Shown: positions 50,115-59,790 of the stretch, piece after piece
Numbering within the stretch: position 1 is the first letter of the stretch
How the letters are laid out: each line of letters begins with the position of its first letter
Assembly (NCBI GenBank): GCA_014905635.1
Contig: JABVCE010000010.1
Location: 868,001-932,000 of the forward strand
Reading direction: 5' to 3'
DNA length: 64,000 nt
Origin: Scenedesmus sp. PABB004
Taxonomy: Eukaryota
Program-made: the position numbers and the translations under genes
Notes under the pieces: generated by a model
Database searches by the model: none
Told to the model about the DNA's origin: nothing
The model's input: the letters and a program-made list of their open reading frames with translations, nothing else

Positions 50115-52828
50115 GAGGTCGGCCCGGCGGCCGCGCCGCGCCGCGCCGCGGGCCGCGCGCCGCCGCGCGCGCGCGCTCGGCGGCGCCGCGGCGCGGCGCT
50201 GCCGGGCGCCGTTTCCCCTGCCCCGCCGCCCCTGCGGAGCGGAGGTGCGGGGCTCCAACGTGCTGCCCCGCCACGCGCTGCGCCGCCGAGGTGGGCCGCC
50301 GGCGGCCGCGCCGCGCCGCGGGCCGCGCGCCGCCCGCGCGCGCGCCGCTCGGGGGCGCCGCGGCGCGGCGCTGCCGGGCGCCGTTTCCCCTGCCCCGCCG
50401 CCCCTGCGGAGCGGAGGTGCGGGGCTCCAACGTGCTGCCCCGCCACGCGCTGCGCCGCCGAGGTCGGCCGCCAGCGGCCGCGCCGCGCCGCGGGCCGCGC
50501 GCCGCCCGCGCGCGCGCCGCTCGGGGCGCCGCGGCGCGGCGCTGCCGGGCGCCGTTTCCCCTGCCCCGCCGCCCCTGCGGAGCGGAGGTGCGGGGCTCCA
50601 ACGTGCTGCCCCGCCACGCGCTGCGCCGCCGAGGTGGGCCGCCGGCGGCCGCGCCGCGCCGCGGGCCGCGCGCCGCCCGCGCGCGCGCGCTCGGGGGCGC
50701 CGCGGCGCGGCGCTGCCGGGCGCCGTTCCCCTGCCCCGCCGCCCCTGCGGAGCGGAGGTGCGGGGCTCCAACGTGCTGCCCCGCCACGCGCTGCGCCGCC
50801 GAGGTCGGCCGCCGGCGGCCGCGCCGCGCCGCGGGCCGCGCGCCGCCCGCGCGCGCGCCGCTCGGCGGCGCCGCGGCGCGGCGCTGCCGGGCGCCGTTTC
50901 CCCTGCCCCGCCGCCCCTGCGGAGCGGAGGTGCGGGGCTCCAACGTGCTGCCCCGCCACGCGCTGCGCCGCCGAGGTCGGCCGCCGGCGGCCGCGCCGCG
51001 CCGCGGGCCGCGCGCCGCCCGCGCGCGCGCCGCTCGGCGGCGCCGCGGCGCGGCGCTGCCGGGCGCCGTTTCCCCTGCCCCGCCGCCCCTGCGGAGCGGA
51101 GGTGCGGGGCTCCAACGTGCTGCCCCGCCACGCGCTGCGCCGCCGAGGTCGGCCGCCGGCGGCCGCGCCGCGCCGCGGGCCGCGCGCCGCCCGCCGCGCG
51201 CGCGCTCGGGGCGCCGCGGCGCGGCGCTGCCGGGCGCCGTTTCCCCTGCCCCGCCGCCCCTGCGGAGCGGAGGTGCGGGGCTCCAACGTGCTGCCCCGCC
51301 ACGCGCTGCGCCGCCGAGGTGGGCCGCCGGCGGCCGCGCCGCGCCGCGGGCCGCGCGCGCGCCCGCGCGCGCCGCTCGGGGGCGCCGCGGCGCGGCGCTG
51401 CCGGGCGCCGTTTCCCCTGCCCCGCCGCCCCTGCGGAGCGGAGGTGCGGGGCTCCAACGTGCTGCCCCGCCACGCGCTGCGCCGCCGAGGTCGGCCGCCG
51501 GCGGCCGCGCCGCGCCGCGGCCGCGCGCCGCCCGCGCGCGCGCCGCTCGGCGGCGCCGCGGCGCGGCGCTGCCGGGCGCCGTTTCCCCTGCCCCGCCGCC
51601 CCTGCGGAGCGGAGGTGCGGGGCTCCAACGTGCTGCCCCGCCACGCGCTGCGCCGCCGAGGTCGGCCGCCGGCGGCCGCGCCGCGCCGCGGGCCGCGCGC
51701 CGCCCGCGCGCGCGCCGCTCGGCGGCGCCGCGGCGCGGCGCTGCCGGGCGCCGTTTCCCCTGCCCCGCCGCCCCTGCGGAGCGGAGGTGCGGGGCTCCAA
51801 CGTGCTGCCCCGCCACGCGCTGCGCCGCCGAGGTCGGCCGCCGGCGGCCGCGCCGCGCCGCGGGCCGCGCGCCGCGCCGCGCGCGCGCCGCTCGGCGGCG
51901 CCGCGGCGCGGCGCTGCCGGGCGCCGTTTCCCCTGCCCCGCCGCCCCTGCGGAGCGGAGGTGCGGGGCTCCAACGTGCTGCCCCGCCACGCGCTGCGCCG
52001 CCGAGGTCGGCCGCCGGCGGCCGCGCCGCGCCGCGGGCCGCGCGCCGCCCGCGCGCGCGCCGCTCGGGGGCGCCGCGGCGCGGCGCTGCCGGGCGCCGTT
52101 TCCCCTGCCCCGCCGCCCCTGCGGAGCGGAGGTGCGGGGCTCCAACGTGCTGCCCCGCCACGCGCTGCGCCGCCGAGGTCGGCCGCCGGCGGCCGCGCCG
52201 CGCCGCGGGCCGCGCGCCGCCCGCGCGCGCGCCGCTCGGCGGCGCCGCGGCGCGGCGCTGCCGGGCGCCGTTTCCCCTGCCCCGCCGCCCCTGCGGAGCG
52301 GAGGTGCGGGGCTCCAACGTGCTGCCCCGCCACGCGCTGCGCCGCCGAGGTCGGCCGCCGGCGGCCGCGCCGCGCCGCGGGCCGCGCGCCGCCCGGCGCG
52401 CGCGCCGCTCGGGGGCGCCGCGGCGCGGCGCTGCCGGGCGCCGTTTCCCCTGCCCCGCCGCCCCTGCGGAGCGGAGGTGCGGGGCTCCAACGTGCTGCCC
52501 CGCCACGCGCTGCGCCGCCGAGGTCGGCCGCCGGCGGCCGCGCCGCGCCGCGGGCCGCGCGCCGCCCGCGCGCGCGCCGCTCGGGGCGCCGCGGCGCGGC
52601 GCTGCCGGGCGCCGTTTCCCCTGCCCCGCCGCCCCTGCGGAGCGGAGGTGCGGGGCTCCAACGTGCTGCCCCGCCACGCGCTGCGCCGCCGAGGTCGGCC
52701 GCCGGCGGCCGCGCCGCGCCGCGGGCCGCGCGCCGCGCGCGCGCGCCGCTCGGCGGCGCCGCGGCGCGGCGCTGCCGGGCGCCGTTTCCCCTGCCCCGCC
52801 GCCCCTGCGGGAGCGGAGGTGCGGGGCT
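50115..52828. repeat. Tandem satellite array, ~172-bp monomer, about 16 copies
   Basis: The marker gtttcccctg recurs at 50211, 50383, 50554, 50725 (variant gttcccctg), 50896, 51068, 51239, 51410, 51581, 51753, 51926, 52098, 52270, 52443, 52614 and 52784 (spacing 170-173). Confidence 0.97.
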
Positions 52829-52830
52829 TT

Positions 52831-53256
52831 CCGGCGTGGTTGGCGGCTGCACGCGCTCCGTGCGCGGCGGCCGGCGTGCTGCCTGCCCGGTGGGGCGGCT
52901 TCTCATCGGTGCGCGGCTTTCTCAGGGGTTTTTGCAGCACAGCCAACTGCTGCCCCTGGTGTGTGCGTGTGTCGTCGCGCGGCGGGGGGCTGATGCCGCT
53001 GAGGCCGGCCCCTGCCGCCGCCAGCGTGGATGGCGTTTGCGCGTGATCTCTGCGCGGAGGCTTGGAGCCGGTGCACCTCGCTGCACCGATGCCCGGTGCG
53101 GCTCGCCGCACCGGAAGGGGGGTGTGCGGCCTGATCTGCTGCTGCCCTTTGGTTGCGGGCATCACCTGGTCTCCTTGGGGCGCCCGTTGGGCGTTGGCCT
53201 CTGGCTGTGCCGTTGGGTGATGTGTGGGCCCCCTCTCGGGGGGCGCCGGGGCGCGG
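52831..53256 (+). mobile_element. L1 3'UTR fragment abutting the satellite, interrupted at its T5 tract
   Basis: Reverse complement of about 53374-53803; ends at gcgcgg|tttt, where the antisense copy's tail begins. Confidence 0.9.
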
Positions 53257-53995
53257 TTTTTTTTTTTTTTTTTTTTTTGTTACAATGGGTGACCAGACAA
53301 GGACCGAGGCCCAGGGGCAGCCCACTGAAAAAAAAACTCCAACGGGAAGAGCGCAGCAACCCCTCGTGAAAAACCGCGCCCCGGCGCCCCCCGAGAGGGG
53401 GCCCACACATCACCCAACGGCACAGCCAGAGGCCAACGCCCAACGGGCGCCCAAGGAGACCAGGTGATGCCCCGCAACCAAAGGGGCAGCAGCAGATCAG
53501 GCCGCACACCCCCCTTCCGGTGCGGCGAGCCGCACCGGGCATCGGTGCAGCGAGGTGCACCGGCTCCAAGCCTCCGCGCAGAGATCACGCGCAAACGCCA
53601 TCCACGCTGGCGGCGGCAGGGGCCGGCCTCAGCGGCATCAGCCCCCGCGCCGCGCGACGACACACGCACACACCAGGGGCAGCAGTTGGCTGTGCTGCAA
53701 AAACCCCTGAGAAAGCCGCGCACCGATGAGAAAGCCGCCCCACCGGGCAGGCAGCACGCCCGGCCGCCGCGCACGGAGCGCGTGCAGCCGCCAACCACGC
53801 CGGCGGCGCCAGGGGCCGTCCCATCGGCTGCAGCCCCCTCGCCGCGCGACGACAAACACGCAGACACCAGCCCCGCGGCACGGGCGGACACCGCCCAACC
53901 TTGCACGCTGCAGAAGAGGCGCGACACGCAACCAGCCGGGGTCGCAGCAAGCCCGGCCGCGGACCCCCCCGGCCCCTGCAGCTAGCCGCCGCGCT

Positions 53996-54029
<34 letters not shown>

Positions 54030-55499
54030 GGGGTCCTGCGCCGCCGGCGGGGCCAGCGCCGGCGCCGCCGGCAGCGCCGGCACGCCCGCTGCGGTGAGCC
54101 GGAACTCCATTGTGAAGCGGCCCCCGTGCTGGCCCGTGCGCGCGATGACCCCTCGGTGGCACCACCGGCGTTCGAAATCTGCCTGAGCGAGCTCCTTGCC
54201 GGAGCCCGACAGCCAGGAGCGCGGCACGCCCGCCAGCGCGCGCACGTCCATCGCTGCCTTGCGCCAGTCCAGCATGACTGCGTCGCGCACCGAGTACACA
54301 AAGATGCGAACCGCCGCCACAGGCGCGTGCCCGGGCTGGCCGCGCCGTGCCGCGCCGCGCGCGGCGAGCAGGGCGCGCAGCAGCAGCAGGCGGAGGTGCG
54401 TCCAGAGCTGCTGCAGCTCCGGCGCGACGCCCGACCTGGCAAAGTCGTCCGCCAGCATCACCCTGGGCGGGGGCGGCGCGCGCGGGAAGCCCGGCTGCAG
54501 CCGCGCCCAGAGGTGAGCAAACCACTGCAGCACCGCCGCCGCCACGGGGCATCCGCCGAGGACGTGGCCGAGCGTCTCCAGCGGCGGCTGCTGCTGCGCG
54601 CGGCAGAGCGGGTGCGGGCACGCCAGCTCCGCCAGCTCCGGCGCCGCGCGCTGGTAAGAGAAGACCCTGTCGCCGCTGACGCGCACCCCGCCGTGCAGCA
54701 GGCTCCAGCCAAAGTGTCGCAGGGCGCGCGGCATGCGCGCCTGCTGCGCGCGCGCGCGTAGCAGGCGGCCCAGGCGGGCGGCTCCGCGCGCTCGCCGGCG
54801 CGCGGCGGCGCAGTCGCACCAGTGAGCGGGTCGACGAGGTCGTTGGCCGCCGGCTCCTGAACCAGGGTCCTGCGCTGCTCCAGCTGCTGCTCCCGCCGCT
54901 GCTCATGCTCCTCGCGCCGCGCCGCGGCGGCAGCGGCCGCCGCCGGCCCGACGCGCTCCATGACGTGGCGCCGCGGGGGCGAGACTTTCTGCCACGCCGG
55001 CAGCCCAGGCTCCGGGTCTGGCGTCTCGGCTCGCTGCCGCTCCGCCCAGCTGCGCTTCTGGCCCGCCTCCCGCCGCGCGATGGCGCTGGCCGGGCATGCC
55101 TGGCCGTAGCCGGCGCGCCAGAGGCCCGGCACGCAGCCAACGCCGGGCGTCCAGCCCCCTGCCGGCGTGACCTCGCGCGCGCAGCGCAGCTGCAGCAGCC
55201 GCAGGGTCGCGCCGCGCACCGTAAACTGCATGACCGTGGCCGCGTGCCCGAGCCCCCACACGGAGGGGTCGACGCGGACGTCAGGCCAGAAGCCCACGAG
55301 GAACCATCGCCGCGCCCTGCTGTGCAGCTCCGGCTGCTCCGCCGGCGCCGCTGCCCCGGGCGCTCCGGCCGCCGCGCGCTGCGCGCCCGCCGCTGGCCGC
55401 GGCGCCTGCGCCGCGTCCACCACGCAGCAGTCCTCCCACCCCCCGCCGCGACTATCTCGGGCGGGGGCTCGGCGGTGCGGAGCCTGCTGTCAGGCCCCA
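53257..55499 (-). mobile_element. 3' part of the L1 LINE: ORF2 C-terminus (CCHC/zf-RVT-like), ~700-bp 3'UTR and poly(A)
   Basis: LRHFGWSLLHG..CPHPLC..ETLGHVLGGCP..LWTHLRL; stop at 53982-53984; T-run at 53257-53278. Confidence 0.92.
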
Positions 55500-56473
55500 A
55501 CATGCTGCCCGACACCCCCGCTCCGCACGCACGCGCACGCACGCACGCACGCACGCTCACTGCCCCGGGCGGCAGCAGCAGCGGCAGCGCGCGCTCGGTC
55601 GCGGCAGGCCGCGCAGGGCTGGCCGGAGCGGTTCGGGAGCCTCTGGGGAGCTTGTTGCTGGTGCGGGGGTGCAGGGCGGGGCCTGGCCGACTTGGACGGG
55701 AAGCATCGATGCGGCAGGCTGCTGGCCGCAGCGTGCAGGCGCCCGCGGGCCTGCCCGCGGCCCAGTTTGGCCGCGGGGCGGGCTTTCTGGGCGCGGGGGC
55801 CCGCCGGCCGGTGCAGCCCGGCCTTTGGCGCGCCCCCCGGGCGACCGGGCAGCAGCGGGCGGCCCGCGCTGGCCCGTGGGGCGCGGGGGCCCTGTCGGCC
55901 GCCCGGAGGGGGCCGTTGCGGGCCCCTCGGGCCCCGTCTGGCTCCTGCCCCCGCCCGGCTGCTGCGGGACCGGCCGCAGCGGGCGCCCATCCCCATGGCG
56001 CCGGCTCTCGGGCCGGGCGGCGACCGGCGCGCGGTCGTGCTCTCGCTGGGGCAGGCCGTGCAGCCTTCCGGCCGCACGACGCGCCAGCGGGAGGCGAGCC
56101 GCGCCGCGCACTTCCAGGCGGGCGTGCGCGGCGTCGCGCAGCTCGGGCAGCTGCTGGTGCAGGGCGGGCAGCCGCTCCCCTGGGCGGCCGGCTACACCAC
56201 GTGCGACCGCGACGGGCAGCGCACCCCCGGGGCCACCGTCGCGATCGCGGTCAAGCCGGACGAGCAGTCGCGCGCGGCGGCTGCGGTCGCCGCCGCGGGC
56301 GTGCTGCAGCTCGGCGGCTGCGCGGTGCCGGCGGCATGGGGCAGGACGGCCGCGCCGGCCGGCACCGTCAAGGTGCTGGTGCAGGGGCTGCCGGAGGACC
56401 TGTGGGAGCGCGGCCAGGGCGTCATGGCCGCCCTGCTGGTCGCCGCGGGTTACGGCCCTGACCTCGCGGTGTC

Positions 56474-56639
56474 TTTTTTTTTTTTTTTTGTTACAATGGG
56501 TGACCAAACAAGGACCGAGGCCCAGGGGCAGCCCACTGAAAAAAACTCCAACGGGAAGAGCGCAGCAACCCCTCGTGAAAAACCGCGCCCCGGCGCCCCC
56601 CGAGAGGGGGCACACACATCACCCAACGGCACAGCCAGA
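56474..56639 (-). mobile_element. 5'-truncated L1 3' end nested in ORF1, 14-bp TSD
   Basis: TSD gacctcgcggtgtc at 56460-56473 and 56640-56653. Confidence 0.95.
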
Positions 56640-57163
56640 GACCTCGCGGTGTCCGAGCACTGGGGCTGCAGCAGCGCGTTCGGCGACGCGCCGGCGGCGC
56701 TGCCCTGCGCGGACACGCTCGTCGCGTACGTGCGGACGCCGCCGGGCGAGCCCATGCTCAGCCGCCTGCCAGACGACTTTGTGTCCGACGGCCGGCGCGT
56801 GCGCGTCTACGTCGCCGGCCGCGCGGCCGGCGAGTGGCGCGGCTGGCGTGCGAGCGAGCAGACCTACGAGCGGGCGCTGGCGCGGCTGGAGGCGGACGCG
56901 GAGGGGGCCGAGGCTGCGCCGCAGCGTGCGCAGGCCCGCGCGCCCGCGCCCCCCGTGGCGCCGCCGCCCGCGCAGGGCGTGCCGGGCGCAGGTGCGGCGC
57001 GCGCTGGCGGCGCGCGAGCCGGCGGCGCGGCGCGGGCGGCCGCGGGCGAGGCGGCCAGGGGCCGCCCCGCGGCGATGGAGCAGGGTCAGCAGCGGCAGCA
57101 GCAGCGGCAGCCGCAGGACCTGCCCGGCGGCGGTGCCGGCGACGCGGCGACAAGGATCGGGCC

Positions 57164-57908
57164 CGCCTGGGCCGCCTGCTACGCGCGAGCGCAGCAGGCG
57201 CGCATGCCGCGCGCCCTGCGACACTTTGGCTGGAGCCTGCTGCACGGCGGGGTGCGCGTCAGCGGCGACAGGGTCTTCTCTTACCAGCGCGCGGCGCCGG
57301 AGCTGGCGGAGCTGGCGTGCCCGCACCCGCTCTGCCGCGCGCAGCAGCAGCCGCCGCTGGAGACGCTCGGCCACGTCCTCGGCGGCTGCCCCGTGGCGGC
57401 GGCGGTGCTGCAGTGGTTTGCTCACCTCTGGGCGCGGCTGCAGCCGGGCTTCCCGCGCGCGCCGCCCCCGCCCAGGGTGATGCTGGCGGACGACTTTGCC
57501 AGGTCGGGCGTCGCGCCGGAGCTGCAGCAGCTCTGGACGCACCTCCGCCTGCTGCTGCTGCGCGCCCTGCTCGCCGCGCGCGCGCGGCACGGCGGCGGCC
57601 AGCCCGGGCACGCGCCTGTGGCGGCGATTCGCATCTTTGTGTACTCGGTGCGCGACGCAGTCGTGCTGGACTGGCGCAAGGCAGCGATGGACGTGCGCGC
57701 GCTGGCGGGCGTGCCGCGCTCCTGGCTGTCGGGCTCCGGCAAGGAGCTCACTCAGGCAGATTTCGAACGCCGGTGGTGCCACCGAGGGGTCATCGCGCGC
57801 ACGGGCCAGCACGGGGGCCGCTTCACAATGGAGTTCCGGCTCACCGCAGCGGGCGTGCCGGCGCTGCCGGCGGCGCCGGCGCTGGCCCCGCCGGCGGCGC
57901 AGGACCCC

Positions 57909-57939
<31 letters not shown>

Positions 57940-58543
57940 AGCGCGGCGGCTAGCTGCAGGGGCCGGGGGAGTTTTTTTCAGTGGGCTGCCCCTGGGCCTC
58001 GGTCCTTGTTTGGTCACCCATTGTAACAAAAAAAAAAAAAAAAAAAAGGGGCCGGGGGGTCCGCGGCCGGGCTTGCTGCGACCCCGGCTGGCTGCGTGTC
58101 GCGCCTCTTCTGCAGCGTGCAAGGTTGGGCGGTGTCCGCCCGTGCCGCGGGGCTGGTGTCTGCGTGTCGGTCGTCGCGCGGCGCGGGGGCTGATGCCGCT
58201 GAGGCCGGCCCCTGCCGCCGCCGGCGTGGATGGCGTTTGCGCGTGATCTCTGCGCGGAGGCTTGGAGCCGGTGCACCTCGCTGCACCGATGCCCGGTGCG
58301 GCTCGCCGCACCGGAAGGGGGGTGTGCGGCCTGATCTGCTGCTGCCCCTTTGATTGCGGGGCATCACCTGGTCTCCTTGGGCGCCCGTTGGGCGTTGGCC
58401 TCTGGCTGTGCCGTTGGGTGATGTGTGTGCCCCCTCTCGGGGGGCGCCGGGGCGCGGTTTTTCACGAGGGGTTGCTGCGCTCTTCCCGTTGGAGCTTTTT
58501 TCAATGGGCTGCCCATGGGCCTCGGTCCTTGTCTGGTCACCCA

Positions 58544-58573
<30 letters not shown>
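57164..58573 (+). mobile_element. 1.4-kb 5'-truncated L1 nested in ORF1, 14-bp TSD
   Basis: TSD acaaggatcgggcc at 57150-57163 and 58574-58587; the empty site is seen in the ORF1 copy near 63690 (- strand). Confidence 0.95.
57970..58046 (+). mobile_element. 77-bp L1 3' end nested in the 3'UTR of the nested copy, ~12-bp TSD
   Basis: TSD aggggccggggg at 57958-57969 and 58047-58058; the empty site is in the copy near 53970. Confidence 0.92.
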
Positions 58574-58574
<1 letters not shown>

Positions 58575-59790
58575 CAAGGATCGGGCCGGCGGCGATGGAG
58601 CTGGACGAGCGGCCGCGTCGGAGCCCGCGGCAGCGGCGGCCGGCGACGCAGCTGCCCGGCGCCGGGACGATGCCCGGCGGGTGCGACCCGATGCAGGTGG
58701 ACGCAGACGGCGGCGGTGGGGAGCAGCCCGCTGGCAGCCCGCCGCCCGACGGCGAGGGGCGCAGCGGCGCGGCGCGGGCCAACGCGGCGCGCGCCAGCGC
58801 GGGGCGCGGCGCGGCGCGCGGCGCGCGGCGCGGCGCCCCGCGCGGCGAGCAGCGCACCGCAGGGGGCAGCACGGCACGCAGCACCGCGTTCCGGGCCTGG
58901 TGTGACGGGCCGGACACGGACGACCTGATCGCTGCGGCCAGGAGCGCCTGCGAGGAATGGGGCGGCGGCGACCTGGGCGGCAGCGACTGCGAGCGGCTGC
59001 GCGAGGAGTACTGGGCGGCCATGCGACAGAGCCTGCCGGACCCCGTCGGCGGTGCGTGCGCCTGGCCCGCGCGGCGCGCGTGGCTGCGCCGCCGTTTCGG
59101 CCTGCCGCCAGACGCAGGGTACGGCACGGACGACGAGGGCGGGCCTGGGCCCGGTGCCGCCGCGGCGGCGCGCGCCGAGGCCGGGCCGGCTGTGGCGGCG
59201 CAGTCGGCGGCGGCGGAGGCGGCAGCGGCGGCGGCGGGGGCCGAGGCCAGCCCCGCGGCAGCGCGCCCGGCCCGCTGGTGCCGGACGGCAGCCGACGCCG
59301 CGCCGCCGCCGGCGGCGGCGCGCGCCCCCGCGGCACGCCCGCGCAGCGTGCCGCGGCAGCAGGGCGGCGCTGGCGCGTCAGCGGCGGCGGCAGGCGACGC
59401 CGCGGAGAGCTCCGGCCACCCGGCGCGGCGGCACGGCGGTGCGAGCGGGCTGGCGGCGGCGGCGCGCGCCGCCGCGGAGCGCTCGCGCAGCGCGTCGCGC
59501 CGGCGCGCGAGCGCCGGCGCGCCGGTGGCGGCGCGCTCGCGCAGCCCGGACTGGTGCGGCGGCGCGCGCGCGCCGGCGGCGGCGGCGAGCGCGGCCGCAG
59601 CGCGCGCGCGCAGCGCGCCGGGGCAGCGGGGCAACGAGGTCGCCGCGGAGGCCGCCGCGGGCGGCCCGAGGCGCTCACAGCGGCCGGGGCTGGGCACCTG
59701 GAGCGAGGCGAACCGCGGCTTCGCCCCCGGCTGGCAGGCGGGCGAGTCGCCCGCGAGCCCGCGGCGGCGCCGCGGGCAGCCGCAGTAGCC

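Larger units (their letters stand above)
55995..59788 (+). pseudogene. L1 ORF1 (RRM-like domain, long disordered tail, no obvious CCHC knuckle), disrupted by insertions
   Basis: Removing the 180-bp and 1424-bp insert+TSD blocks restores a 2190-nt frame (729 aa plus stop) from ATG 55995; contains VKVLVQGLP..TLVAYV..LSRLP..VRVYV. The true start may be further upstream. Confidence 0.75.

Noticed and set aside
50115..52828. CRISPR-like array, or the long ORFs (870-1340 aa) crossing the repeat
   Set aside because: Monomers are contiguous with no unique spacers and there are no cas genes; the ORFs arise from a stop-free GC-rich repeat.
53279..53981. Penelope-like element with a hammerhead ribozyme
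   Set aside because: No correctly arranged CTGANGA..GAAA core was found, and the linked ORF has APE plus an L1-type RT with no GIY-YIG.
49795..58046. Independent SINE or MITE family for the 70-170 bp poly(A) elements
   Set aside because: They match the LINE's extreme 3' end with variable 5' truncation; no Pol III boxes or terminal inverted repeats.
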